A DNA stretch of 48,995 bases, the filler included, from Sphacelaria rigidula (lineage: Eukaryota): the NCBI GenBank assembly GCA_964200075.2. It is 3 parts of 3 records of this genome, joined end to end, with 100 filler letters (N's around TTAATTAATTAA, not from the genome) between each part and the next. Parts side by side here need not be neighbours in the genome. Positions count along the whole stretch, not along the records: positions 1 to 16,268 come from CAXNAA020001417.1; positions 16,369 to 32,633 come from CAXNAA020001418.1; 1 more part is not named here. One strand, 5' to 3'. Of this stretch, positions 13,301 through 23,894 are shown piece by piece. Below the pieces are notes generated by a model. The model searched no databases, was not told the DNA's origin, and was given only the letters and a program-made list of their open reading frames with translations. Every line of letters starts with the position of its first letter. Positions within the stretch are counted from its first letter, which is position 1. A program made the position numbers and the translations under genes.

Positions 13301-14248
13301 ATGTGGGCGCACCGGCCGGGGTCACACAGGAGGAAGGCCAACATAGAAGTTTTCCTTGTTCCTTTCTTTTAGTTCTCCACCTTCCTTCTGCCGTACACTA
13401 AATACCACTAATGCTCGCGGAACCCACAGCAGAGAACAGTGCACATGCTATCAAGATGCCCTGTGCTGCGGTGAAGATGCTACTGTAGAATGCTGGTTGC
13501 CTCGTTTTTGAAATTGCCTCCGAAGTTTCGCAGCAGATCATTGACGCTGTGCCGTTGTAACATCTGATTTTGATTTTCAAGATCGCTCTTGTTCCCCGAT
13601 CGCCTCTTGTCTTGCTTTGTTGCGACCCAAGGTGTTATCTGAGCGTGCACCTCGACACGTGGTTTTGGCGTCGCGACCCCCGCCGCAACTCTTGTCTGCT
13701 CGGGATGTCCTCGAAGCAGCCGTCAAGCGGGTCACCAGTACCAGAGGGACCAAAATCGCGGCGAATTGCGTGCAGGTGTGAATCAACCACCTCATTACCC
13801 CACAAAACCTCAACACCCCCAATCACATGAAGAGAGACAAAACGGAGAGCGGATGAGACAGACCGTGAACCATACTAGCTTCCGATTGTGTCCGAGAATT
13901 TCGGAATAGTATAAACCTGGACAATGCATAAGGGATGCAGTACGTCTCCTTGATATACATGTATATGTATATTCCGGAATATTTTATCCTGAAGAAGTGC
14001 TCTTCTTGTGCATTTTTTCTTGTGGAAAATAATCCCAGGTTGCTCTGAAAAAAAGGGGGGCAAGCGATAACACTACCAGCGCACGGGGCGGGGAGCAAGG
14101 CTATGGGTCTGCCGTGGTGGACGTGATGGGGGATGGGATGGAGACACTAACGTTGCCCAAGTTGGTGCTCCAAGCGAGTAGGGTGGAAGACTCGTCCGTG
14201 CGATCGGAGGCCTATGCTTGCTTGGGTCGACTCAAGGCGCTTGACTGA
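1360..14248 (+). CDS. CTC1: CST complex subunit CTC1, 5'-partial spliced gene; exons 1360-1582, 1995-3479, 4531-5736, 8157-8234, 10162-10882, 11286-11458, 12636-12746, 12917-13018, 13632-13775, 14039-14248
   Basis: All introns are GT-AG and phases chain into one open frame (~1483 aa) ending at TGA 14246-14248. Motifs are colinear with CTC1 as I recall it: RDVYAEFLRHPPGVC; WLRDRTARALVVV; LLRKFAICTEV...HYIVVDESDMQLL; FISVVGVLIE...VSVY...PPGMIPGYAVVQVSGVSRRLSSNGKNMYL (cf. human [25 protein letters not shown]); WCINCG...CWARC zinc ribbon; VDDGTAQAQILMDGDDVLRLLKL (cf. [23 protein letters not shown]). Confidence 0.88.
1995..3479 (+). CDS. CTC1: CTC1 exon (1485 bp, mostly G/S/A/T-rich low complexity around an LRD motif)
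   Basis: Pyrimidine tract and ctgac branch point, then acttag|AAA; donor TCG|gtgagt; phase 0/0; same frame as ORF 2151..3506. Confidence 0.78.
3739..4177. mobile_element. ~440-bp fold-back MITE (CACGGGATTTTACA family) in a CTC1 intron
   Basis: The whole element is an imperfect palindrome: CACGGGATGTTACAAACTGGGGATGGATT... / ...AATCCGTCCCCAATCTGTAAAATCCCGTG. Flanks gcgaaaag/tcgaaata (5/8) may be a decayed 8-bp TSD. Confidence 0.85.
4359..4386. repeat. (AT)n microsatellite
   Basis: Pure AT run. Confidence 0.95.
4531..5736 (+). CDS. CTC1: CTC1 exon (1206 bp)
   Basis: ttttcttcag|GAA ... CAG|gtgaaa; phase 0/0; ends in the PPGMIPGYAVVQ OB-fold motif. Confidence 0.87.
6083..6410. repeat. Degenerate minisatellite of GGTCATGTGAGA-headed units alternating ~31 and ~41 bp
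   Basis: Recurring (T)GGTCATGTGA heads, each unit ending in a CCGGTTCA-like segment; same family as 7625-7815. Confidence 0.8.
6925..7250 (+). mobile_element. tRNA-derived SINE, family B
   Basis: Degenerate A/B boxes (GGTAGTGTAAATT...GGGTTGGATTCCC); body homologous to minus-strand copies at 38960-39200 and 41700-41977. Confidence 0.7.
7625..7815. repeat. Second block of the GGTCATGTGAGA minisatellite
   Basis: Starts ACGTGTACATGTTCCTGAACCGGTTCA, like ACGTGTCCATGTTCCGGAAACGCTTCA at 6083, followed by alternating long and short units. Confidence 0.8.
8157..8234 (+). CDS. CTC1: CTC1 exon
   Basis: gctgacag|GTG ... AAG|gtgagc; VSGVSRRLSSNGKNMYLVKGQGGVVK. Confidence 0.87.
10162..10882 (+). CDS. 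CTC1: CTC1 exon (low-complexity insert; alternative phase-1 donor after 10908)
   Basis: cataag|GTA CTT TCC gives VVK|VLSLGLPPP (cf. human VQVLSFPP); donor G|gtatga is phase 1 and matches the next acceptor. Confidence 0.72.
11286..11458 (+). CDS. CTC1: CTC1 exon (start of C-terminal OB fold, first CxxC)
   Basis: tttctttag|CC GAT ... GTG|gtgagc; ATLASLYKRGVLVRTTRRFGSLTVVGVRFVKASTWCINCGV. Confidence 0.82.
12203..12236. repeat. (GTGTGAC)n heptamer tandem repeat, ~5 copies
   Basis: Direct reading of the sequence. Confidence 0.9.
12636..12746 (+). CDS. CTC1: CTC1 exon
   Basis: catcag|ATA ... CAG|gtgcga; IKVKDLEIGRCWARCHTPSTWEVRWEGSANVDDGTAQ. Confidence 0.88.
12917..13018 (+). CDS. CTC1: CTC1 exon
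   Basis: ttacag|GCT ... GTG|gtgaga; AQILMDGDDVLRLLKLSPANRKQVESAALHYGPV. Confidence 0.88.
13218..13395 (-). mobile_element. SINE family A, 5'-truncated, with duplicated tail
   Basis: Reverse complement of the 3' part of the element at 31295-31666 (GGGGTCACACAGGAGGAAGGCCAAC core). Confidence 0.85.
13632..13775 (+). CDS. CTC1: CTC1 exon
   Basis: cccaag|GTG ... CAG|gtgtga; 48 open codons, VLSERAPRHVVLASRPPPQLLSARDVLEAAVKRVTSTRGTKIAANCVQ. Confidence 0.75.
14039..14248 (+). CDS. CTC1: CTC1 terminal exon
   Basis: atcccag|GTT ... GAC TGA; ends VDVMGDGMETLTLPKLVLQASRVEDSSVRSEAYACLGRLKALD*, resembling the CTC1 C-terminus. Confidence 0.82.
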   Translation, partial: VALKKRGASDNTTSARGGEQGYGSAVVDVMGDGMETLTLPKLVLQASRVEDSSVRSEAYACLGRLKALD

Positions 14249-15461
14249 ACATTCGACAGAAGAACGAAATAATCGTAGAATATAGTGTAGATAATAACAG
14301 TACAGTATATAGCGTCCTGATCTGCGGAAGAGCTTGTCTCGAGTACAGTGTATAGCCTAATAAATAGAACGCGAAAGACAAGATACTGCATCTTTCCTTC
14401 ACCCCGTCACAGTGTTGGCTCTTTAGACACCTCACACCGCCGGGTTTTGCCAACTTCGGCTTGCGCTGGACGCTGCCAAGGCACCAGGGTATGCAAATTT
14501 GGGGTGCAGGCTTGGTTGTACCCGAATCGGGGCAGGACGGAGCATTTTGTAGTGCTTCACATCTTGAGTGTGCGGCGTCTTGCGGAGAGTGGCAGTAAGG
14601 CAGACCCCCCTGCAACATGGACGGAGCGGTGGTCGTGCTGCACATTTGCGCGTGGTGGCTCTCCTCGATGATGGTTTGGAGCGGCGAAACCCCTTTTTTT
14701 TTCGGAGCGGCAGTTGTCAACCTACACTTGACCCACAGCACGATATCTTCATTTTTCTCTTACTGGCAGATATTTACGACATGCAAGCACCATACCACGC
14801 GCCTCTGGCCTGTACCAGAACCCCACATTAAGGTATCATGGGCGGCCTGCCTGTCTGCCTTTCTTGGATCTTCCCTTGTCGTGGAATGAATATGACAGAC
14901 GGTCACTCAAGCAGCGTCTTTTGAGTGTTATGACAAGCAAGTGATGTATTTCTCGCTTTTACTGCTTGCCCAAATTATGGCACCGCATACCAAGACATTG
15001 CTGCCACCGGATCATTCCCGTAATGACCGAAAGTCCAAGCATGGGAAGCGCTCCGCTGTCACCGTCTCGGAGAATGCGAACGAAGACCATCCACATCCAG
15101 CAACACCGGTACATTCAACAGAGATCGAATAGAGCGACACAAAACGCTGGCAGAAACTATGCTATTTTCAAACTATGCAAAACAAGCAAGGATATTATTT
15201 TGTATCAAACAGCCGTGGCGCGCTGTATTTCAGGGCGTGAACCGTTGCAAAGCTATCACGGCAGCACTGCTTGGGTTGTCGCAAAATTTAGCCCGGATTT
15301 TCCAATGTTCTCTAGGGAATCCCTTGCTCATGCCACGCACTACCTTGACCTAATCCCCTTTAATGGCAATCAGGACTCCTTATCAAAGCCCCGTTTCACC
15401 TCAAGATTCATCTGTACGCTGAGTGAAGGAACATTTCGTGTAACTCGCGGATAAAAATCGG

Positions 15462-15535
15462 GTGGGGGGGGGCATACTTATTTGTTGCTTGCCTCAGTCG
15501 TTTGACCATTGACCACGCATCCCTCTCGAGACGGA
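15462..15535. repeat. Poly(G)-bordered dispersed repeat (family C)
   Basis: GGGGGGGGGCATACTTATTTGTTGCTTGCCTCAGTCGTTTGACCATTGACCACGCATCCCTCTCGAGACGG; further copies at 16200, 32576 and 33851. Confidence 0.88.
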
Positions 15536-15883
15536 GCACCGTTCCTACTCCTAATAGACACCTCCAACATTCCGGCGCTCATCACGTTTCTTCCATACAT
15601 TGCACAAAACCTTTTACATATCTTATCCCCGTCCTATTTCGCCGTCTGTGGCCACCATCTATCTCCTAGTATAGGCACCGTTTTCTCGCCACTGTCTAAT
15701 GCATCAATCGATTCCATGCCACCTTCGTTCACGTCCCGCATTTCCCCTCTAGCACGTCCGGTTACTCATACAGTTCACATTCTGCAACTATATGATTTCT
15801 ACTCTCTATTGGGAGGAGGGGGGGAGGGGACATCACCGATAGTGGACAATGGACAACACAACACTCTCTTGCCCGGCTCTTCC

Positions 15884-16162
15884 TCATGAAGCACCCCCGT
15901 TTCCCGACATGACTGTCCTCAAGACGATCTTTGGCCTACCAGAGGAACCACCCCCGTCGATTGCCCCCTCCTCCCACTGCTCCCCGGCATCGCTATGCTG
16001 GTTGCGATGAGGGGCTTGCGGCTGACTGCTACTATCCGCGGGCTGTGAAACACCGTCTTCTGGGAGTTCAGGTCCGTAGGAACCATCCCAGGGTATAGCG
16101 GTTACGTCGTCTTCCTCGTCATCGTCATCCACTTTACTGTTACCGTTGGTGCCCGCTCGTGC
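15884..16162 (-). CDS. Probable terminal exon of an unidentified gene convergent with CTC1
   Basis: Acceptor cttctccag|GCA, open acidic low-complexity frame (ARAGTNGNSKVDDDDEEDD...) to TGA. Upstream exons would lie beyond the contig end. Confidence 0.55.
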   Translation of the reverse strand, partial: ARAGTNGNSKVDDDDEEDDVTAIPWDGSYGPELPEDGVSQPADSSSQPQAPHRNQHSDAGEQWEEGAIDGGGSSGRPKIVLRTVMSGNGGAS

Positions 16163-16199
16163 CTGGAGAAGGTGCACGTAGGGTATGTTGAACACATAA

Positions 16200-16268
16200 G
16201 GGGGGGGCGTACTCATTTGTTGCTTGCCTTAGTCGTCTGACCATTGACAATGCATCCCTTTCGAGACG
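16200..16268. repeat. Family C repeat at contig end
   Basis: Near-identical to 15462-15535; the contig breaks inside it. Confidence 0.88.
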
Positions 16269-16368
16269 NNNNNNNNNNNNNNNNNNNNNNNNNNNNNNNN
16301 NNNNNNNNNNNNTTAATTAATTAANNNNNNNNNNNNNNNNNNNNNNNNNNNNNNNNNNNNNNNNNNNN
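16269..16368. other. Artificial contig spacer N44-TTAATTAATTAA-N44
   Basis: Six-frame-stop linker flanked by Ns, identical to 32634-32733. Confidence 0.98.
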
Positions 16369-16937
16369 CATTCGCCTTGGGAACCGGCCGGGCGGGAGTC
16401 GTAAGAAAAGAAACGCACGCGGACGCGGGGCGGGGGGGGGGGGGGGGGGGGGAAGCCGGTTCTAGCCTAGTGTCTCCACGCGTATGCCCATCGACGATGC
16501 AGACGACCATTTTCGAACGGAGCAAGAGAGACGGTCACCAACGCACGGCAACTACAACGCGATTGACACATTTTTGTGATGATGCAATGTTCCACAGCAT
16601 ATTCACGCTTGGCCTGGGCGGTGTATCAAGCTAACTTTCGGAGGATCACTACATATGTTGGCCGGTTTTTTAATGCACAGGAGATTCTACAACGACCCAT
16701 CATGAACATACTTTCATGGGCAAATCAGGTGTTCAGTGGAACCAAACAAACGACATATTATATTTCTTTGGCAGCAAGTCTCGGGCGAAAAGAGTGATCG
16801 TCTCTCTGTACCCTCCGAATAAACAGCTACACCACAGTTGACCGCACTACACCCATGCCAACAAGGACCACATCCTTATGAATGCTCCCCGTGATTGCCA
16901 TGCCCCCAAGCCCGTTTGAATGCATATCACAACTCAC

Positions 16938-18305
16938 ACGCATTCCAGAAGCGGTGAGACACGAGGATGCCTTTGCCCATTGGCCCTCCGTGTCCACGGT
17001 GACCTTAGTGGCCGTTCCCTTGCTAAAGTAATCCGCGGTGACTTCCCCCTTTAGACTGTCGTCCAGCTTTTCGATGACAAAAAATAAAAATTAGAATTAA
17101 CACATCGCGAAACAGCATGGGGAGAATGAGGAGTCGCCTTCAAAAATGTCCAGTGACAAGTCAGTACCGTAGTGTAGGTTTGACCCAACACGCCAAGGTT
17201 CCATATTTCCCAATCTTGGTGAGATTAGGCAGAGCAAACACAACAAATTAGTGGTGCGAATCGACTCAGGGAAGCAATACGCGTGGCGCTTCACGTCAAG
17301 TCAGAGGGTACCGTTCGGCTTCGAAAGTCGGAGAAGCCGGAACAAGAGGGGGCATGAAGAGCGACATTCGCGCCAACAGGGAGACAAAACGCTCGTCTCC
17401 CGGCCTCAACGACGAGAGCACCACTGCCCCCATGGCCACTATGACCCACTGTTGGGACCGCCCATATGCCCATCTTTGTCATCAAAATACATGCTCCAAA
17501 ATTCTTCATTTCGGTAGTTTAGCGCAGCATACAAAATCGAGTAACACCATCATGGTGAATAAAACAACACGCACTCAAACAACATCACCTTTGTACGAAG
17601 GATGAGGTCCTTGGAAACAACTCGAGACGCTTCTAACCCAAGGCTGCCGTCAGAGAGCAGCTGGTGGAGTTCACAACAGGCCGATAGGGGATACGCCAAA
17701 ATCACGTACACAAGGCAGAGCAGCAAGGGAGAGATGGCGCACAAAGTAATGGAGTGGATTATGCGACATACAGGGGACAGGAGAAGAGCAAACAGCCCGC
17801 ACAAGCAGGCCGAACCCTAAACGTTCTATAAATTGTAACAAGGCACTGAATATGAAGCACCACGAAAGCACCGGATAGCAAAGCGCCACCATGGGGAGTT
17901 GAGTTTACTACATCCACGAACCCAGCCTCACAACAGCACAACACGAGTACAGGCACCCCGGTAGCCGGTTTACCGTTAGGGTGTCAATAATGCAACCCTA
18001 ATAACAATTCAGTACAGTAGAGGGTAGCACTCGGCAGTATTTCCATACACAGCCGTGACGGTAGCGAGTGTTCCCCAAGACAGCACGGGGTTCACACGAG
18101 TACAAAAAGACTTCGGAAAAAAAAAACAGACAACTCACAGAAAGCTTGTCGATCGAGATTTGCGCCTGCGGAGCAAAGTACTTGGCCTCGATAGCTGCGG
18201 ACACCCCTTTCTTGTGCTCGTTCTTCGTTGTGACGGACAGCCCGTGGGGGGTGGTGTGCTTGACCTTCAACGACCGCTTCAGGCTGTAGTCATCGTTGAG
18301 GATGT
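16938..18305 (-). CDS. VDAC: Voltage-dependent anion channel (eukaryotic porin), partial; exons 18139-18305, 17589-17660, 16938-17066
   Basis: GT-AG exons join in frame to ILNDDYSLKRSLKVKHTTPHGLSVTT...IDKLS|LLSDGSLGLEASRVVSKDLILRTK|LDDSLKGEVTADYFSKGTATKVTVDTEGQWAKASSCLTASGMR. The 'LNDDY...LKVK..T..G' start and alternating beta-strand pattern fit stramenopile VDAC. A further acceptor (cccaag|GCGAATG, 16375) runs into the gap. Confidence 0.82.
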
Positions 18306-18599
18306 CTGAATAAATATATACACGTGAGAAATGTTTAACGAAACACAACAAAAAAGTCGTGAGTTACTGTCGTTCGAATAAGGTCAGAGAGGGATGCTGA
18401 CAGCAATCTCTTCGAGGCCGATAGTATTGATTATGACCAAACAATCTGATGCAACCAGTGCCTTTGGCATTCCAAACAACCATTCAGAATCAACGAGGGG
18501 GTCTACAGCTGCGAGATACCGTCCTCGCGTAGGTGCCTGGCCAGATATCGCGACATAATAAAAGATGGGTGCATATTCATGTCCAAGCTTCTCTGGTCC

Positions 18600-18837
18600 A
18601 AGTGAAACGTTCATGCTTCGGGCACGACACCCCCCTACCAAGGTTTAATCCGACGCGTATCATGCAAGAATAGATGGAGAAAGATGGAAAATTATCGGCT
18701 GTGAGAATACAGTTATATAAGTGAAACGTCCATGCTTCGGGCACGATACCCCCCTACTAAGGTTTAATCCGACGCGTATCATGCAAGAATAGATGGAGAA
18801 AGATGGAAAATTATCGGCTGTGAGGATACAGTTATAT
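18600..18837. repeat. Tandem duplication, 2 x 119 bp, few mismatches
   Basis: 18600-18718 and 18719-18837 are nearly identical. Confidence 0.95.
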
Positions 18838-18932
18838 CTTCTTACGAGCACACCACCACTGCATTGAACAGGGGCAGGTCAAGGCATCTACATTTACGAA
18901 TCTTTCACCCTACGTGCGCTACAAGGAGAAAC

Positions 18933-19023
18933 GTACGGCACTCCTGGGTACAGTCATGAAGATGGAATCAACTCGCAACTCGTGAGGCATTTTAAAACCA
19001 GTTCGTCCAGTAAATTCCGACAT
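18933..19023 (-). CDS. VDAC: Candidate first exon of the VDAC gene
   Basis: MSEFTGRTGFKMPHELRVDSIFMTVPRSAV with a phase-1 end that fits the 18305 acceptor and the F-x8-[D/H]-IL helix spacing. The donor (gtttct) is weak. Confidence 0.35.
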
Positions 19024-20671
19024 GGATCCGAGTCTCGTTCTTGAATCCGTCATGGGAACTGCAACCGGAACCCGAGACAAAAATATCCTGCGGTGCCACG
19101 GGCAAAGTTGCACATTGGCAGCCAAGGCTGCATTTCGTACGAAAAGATGCGTGCAGCGGATCTCTGGGTTGATTTGACGATGGGGCATTGATGTGTGTCC
19201 ACCTCGCAAATATAACTCTGGGGTTGAACCTAAATTTCATGGTACGAGGCATGCGGTCATACTCCAACAAAGTGATGCGGCAACAGCACCCTTCCTCCCC
19301 AAAACCGTCACAAGGCAAGGGGTCAGCCATACCGTGGATGATAGCTAGCTCGAGGCTTCATCAAGCGCGTCAAGCGAACATCAGTAGGGTCTCAACAAAA
19401 AATACCTCAACCCAAGTAAAATACGATCAACCAGGGGATTCCCCGCGAAAAGCTGCCGAACGTTTCGGATCGATCGCGTCAAACTCGATTCTTACGAATA
19501 ACCGTGTGCTTCAAAACCAGGGCATGGCTTCAGCGTCAAGAATTACCCCGGCGCCGTGTACAGCTCGCACTGCACCGGACGGGTTACATTTTTTGTTTCT
19601 GTGCAGGATCTCCCGAGGGTGCTCGAATCTTCTATCAGCGGTTTCCGGATTACTGTAAGCTCTCAACTTCCGGGGGTTCACGGTTCGTGTATTATCCTAG
19701 TGCGAAGTGGACAGGTGCTGCCATCATAATAGGCACACTCCCCACCGATAGGGGTGACTCAAAGTGAATCAAAATATATCGCGCGAAGCGCGATCATGGC
19801 CGAGCGTTAAATAATCGGCACTAGGCAAAAATTGAGGAACCGTCTAGCTTGAGGGAAAGAAGTATCACATGGGACGTATGCTGTTTCGCCGTGCTACAGC
19901 ACAAACACATTCACGCCTTCTGTCCCTGCGCTGTGGTGTATTTGGACCTTTGTCAAGATGGTTCGGTCGTCGCTTAGATGGCGTTAGTTGCCTTACCGTC
20001 ACTGCCTTCGTCTTTTCACAAAATGAGGCAAATTATCCTTGTAGAAACGCAGCGCTGTCTACAGACTGTCGTGTGTTGGCTGTTCCGTCTTTTGTCGAAC
20101 GAACAGGACGCTTCCCGCACCCTTTATATGCTGTAGTTGCCGGTGTGCTGTTGTGCACTCAAACACTCAACTACATACATGGTGTGATAAGCGCTGGAGA
20201 GTGCCTGAAGAGTTGTATTGCTGCATGTCGAGTTTCGGTCTGTGCAGAATTGGGGTGGAATCAAAGTGCTGTAGACAACGTTGAAACGATTACGTGACGC
20301 CTGACAATATTTCAGATGCAGTCAGATGCTGTGATCGGAGACTACACACAAGGCGGACGCGTGCAGGTTGAGGCAAACAAACTGAGCCCGCACGGAGCTG
20401 CTGTATCCCAAGCGATTGATGGTCACAGCTATCTGACTGGCAGCGGCGCAACGTATGGGCCAATTACAGCTAGTTGACCACTCAATCCCCACTCAATTCT
20501 TTTGTCTGATCGAAGAAAGGTCAACGCATTTTGGTATCTTGGGAGGCTCTGATGGGTCGAAAAATCGTGCCAGTCAAAATTCTCGGCCCTATCTGTGAGC
20601 CCTGTGCCTCATAATACCTTGGCGTCGACATCAGCTTGAAATCAGGTGCTGCGGATTGTGTGGCAAAATTC

Positions 20672-20836
20672 CAAACCCCGAACAGTTTATGGTCTTTAGA
20701 TGCGTTAGACCAAAATTGTACTGGATCGAGTGCACAACTGTTCCAACCCCTGATACTTGCGATAGGCCTATACTTTATCCGGTACAATTTAGATGTAATA
20801 ATATCGCATTCATCGATGATATTTGTTCAGGATGTG
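20672..20836. mobile_element. CACACCCTGGA-family MITE (hAT-like), decayed
   Basis: Internal similarity to 40970-41151; flanks caaaattc/aaaaattc form a 7/8 TSD. Confidence 0.75.
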
Positions 20837-22922
20837 AAAAATTCACGATCGCACATCTCAGTGCTACCGGAGACCGTACAAGACGGTCAGCCCTCGCCCC
20901 CTGCACTGCTCCAAGTATTCGTGATCTTTTACGTTGCTTACGAACGGGCACTTGCCTCCCTGAAGAAACCACTTATCCCGCCCCCTGGGAAACCCGTGCA
21001 ATTACTTGACTGTCAGCAGGAAAAATTGTTCCGATGCGGAGCTCGCAGTCGGGGGCTCAACTTAGATGCGGTGCTTCGGCGGTACTGATTAGCATCAATA
21101 TTTCGTATTTGAGGTTAGAAACAAAACTCCTTCGCTCTGGCCGCGATGAATGATCGTCACCATAGGTTGTACACACAGTAGAGGTGATCAGGATAGGGTA
21201 CACACCCTGAGCAACCCTGGGTTTGAGGGTATTGTGGGATGCCCGACACACGAAGGTCTTCTCTGCCAAAACCGGTAAAGGAATCTCGAAATTTCCCGAG
21301 TGTGCACAGAAAAAATGTACAGCATACCCGGGTACATGAGAGTTTTTTGTACCCTACCCCACCTATAACACCTCTGCTTTATAATTTTTAATAGTACGTC
21401 GCAGGAGGATCAATCATACCGTGGTGAAACGGATAAAAACACGGGAGCGGTACTATTCAGTACAGGGAAATGTCGTGCGGAGCATTGAAAGGGTCCGACT
21501 TGAAGCACTGTCTTTCTTTCATCACCGCAAATCGCGACGCACGAGGGCACCGCTGCACTCCTGCGCTGCTGTTCAAGTAACTAGATGTGTGATTCGTACT
21601 ATTGCATTTGATTGTACTCTGCGTTATGTGAATCATGTTCGCCAACTTCCGAGTGTTTGTACTTGCACGTGTTCTGCACCGAACTACTGCCTACAGCTTA
21701 TACGTGATGGAACCAAGTCACACATGGTGCGTGTACATCCCGCTCGAGAAGACGAAGATGTACACCATCCGCTAGGTGTTCTAGGCGTGGGCTGGTGGCG
21801 TTAGTGAAACAATGAGCAGACAGATGGCGAGATGTGGACCGAGTCACCTCTGACCCACGCGCTCTCCTTTCTTGATCCCCACCTCTCTCTCCCTCTCCCA
21901 GCACTGAGCGTTGTACTCCGGAATTCGGAACACACCATGCCGTTCAACTCTTGCGATAGGAGTGACGATCGCAGGTCTGTTCTCTGGGTACAGAGGCCCG
22001 AGAACCATGAGAACACGACAAATTCGGCAACCATATTTCCAGGGGCAACGTGGTTCGCTACACACAGTTTAGGGTCAAGATGTGGTTGCTTCGAGGGGCA
22101 GGGTGGGGTGAGGGGTTGTTTACACCGGCGCTTGGGTTGGCTGCCACGACACACCGAACGCAAGCTAGAACGCTCAGCTTGATGACATTCGTCGCTCGTG
22201 CGTGACCGTGACTAGACGCGACACTAATACCCGATCAAATCGGTAACAAACACCTTTCGACTGCCTTCAGGGGAGAGGTCTAGATCTGTAAAAAACTGAC
22301 CGTTGTCCGTCAAGAGTGCAGTCTACTCTTGTTCTTGTACTGCAGGCTACAGATAGTACATTGTGCTCAAGCACAACAATACCGCCCTGTATTCTACTAC
22401 ACAGAGCTTCTGGTACAGTGCATCTGTAATGTGCATGTGTCGGGAGTAGTGCAAAGACAAACAGAGAACGTAGTAGCTCGTTCTATTGCATAACAGAGAG
22501 AGATTCCCAACAACAAATCTCATTTGAATGGAACATCGAAGTAGTAATACTGTACTACTCATCACCGCCGTGGTGTCGTACCCATTCGTACTGTTATGTT
22601 ACGAGAGTCAAGCTTTCGGTATCAAAACCCTGTAGGAAAGACAATGTTATGTAGACGTAGTCAGCGTGCAAGGCATGGGCCATATCGGTCACGAAGAGGG
22701 ATAATACGAGAGATACTACACGACCCATACAGATCCTCACATGGAGAAAAGACTAAGCTGGGTCGTGTGCTGGGTAACGACGAATAATTTGAGGAAGGCA
22801 TTATCCGAGCACCGAGGCATGCTTACACTCGGGTATCAGCGCCACTCACCCCTAGCGTACTTGTCCAGATCCTTGTAAAAGATAGCCATTGTCCTGTCCG
22901 CTCTACATCAATAGCGGCCGTA

Positions 22923-22923
22923 A

Positions 22924-22975
<52 letters not shown>

Positions 22976-22976
22976 G
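22923..22976. repeat. (CAG/CAA)n microsatellite
   Basis: Direct reading of the sequence. Confidence 0.9.
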
Positions 22977-23894
22977 GCGGCAGTTTGTGGACACAAACAT
23001 CCATTCGTTGCCAGTGCGAAGAGCATTTCATGGAGCGTTTTTTGCCACAAATAGCAAACCCCGATTTGCGGTAGATTTTCAGACGCCAACGAAAAGAGAC
23101 GGGGACGGAGGCGGTGGTTGTGTTATTGGCAAGAGAGACGTCGCACCACCACCGGCGAAAGCAGAAGTGGTAGGAATCAAAGCTATCACCATCTGGGTGG
23201 TGAAGCAATCTCGGGGAAAAGAGTAGAGCAACCTCTTCGTATGTCGGTGTGTACACAAACCAACCTCAGCAGCAGCAGCTTATTGAGAGGGCAGGCACAA
23301 CGAATGCGTTTTGCTGACGCGAACATCGGCTTGTTCAGAGACACGTGACAATAGACCGTGTGTAGTACCTGCTTTTGCTGCTTTCGTACCGAAGCCACAA
23401 ACGCAACCGTGGTCACATACATGAGAGCATTAGGACACGCACAACACCATCATCGTTGGACGCGAGCACGGTGCCTTCCGATGCTCTCCAAGTGTATCCT
23501 TGAGTCCAAACCGACGATACTGAAGGACATGCCAGATCGACAACCCAGTTTTTCTCCAGCAAAAGCTCCCCCGTGCCCTCCTTGGTGAGGGTGCAAGAAA
23601 CGTCCGCATGATGTCGTAAAAAACTGAGACAAAGAAGACAAAAACGACAGACCAACTACGGTCCAACTACCACCCATCTCAGTCGGTACAGGAGAGTACA
23701 GCTCACCTCTTGAGTTGGTTGCGGGGGCTGACCCTAGCAGTACAGTACAATAGAAACAGAGAGCTTTGCACGTACCGGGGGCTGTGCTGAGGGCTGGATT
23801 ACACGCGAGCAACAGCCGGTAACGGCATTTTGGAAATGTGCCAAATATTAAGCAGTCATTAGACACACAGTGTGAATCAGTAATTTTTTGTTTT

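Noticed and set aside
22889..23350. Poly-Q/S/A/L ORFs
   Set aside because: They are explained by CAG/CAA microsatellites; no recognisable domain or coherent splice chain was found.
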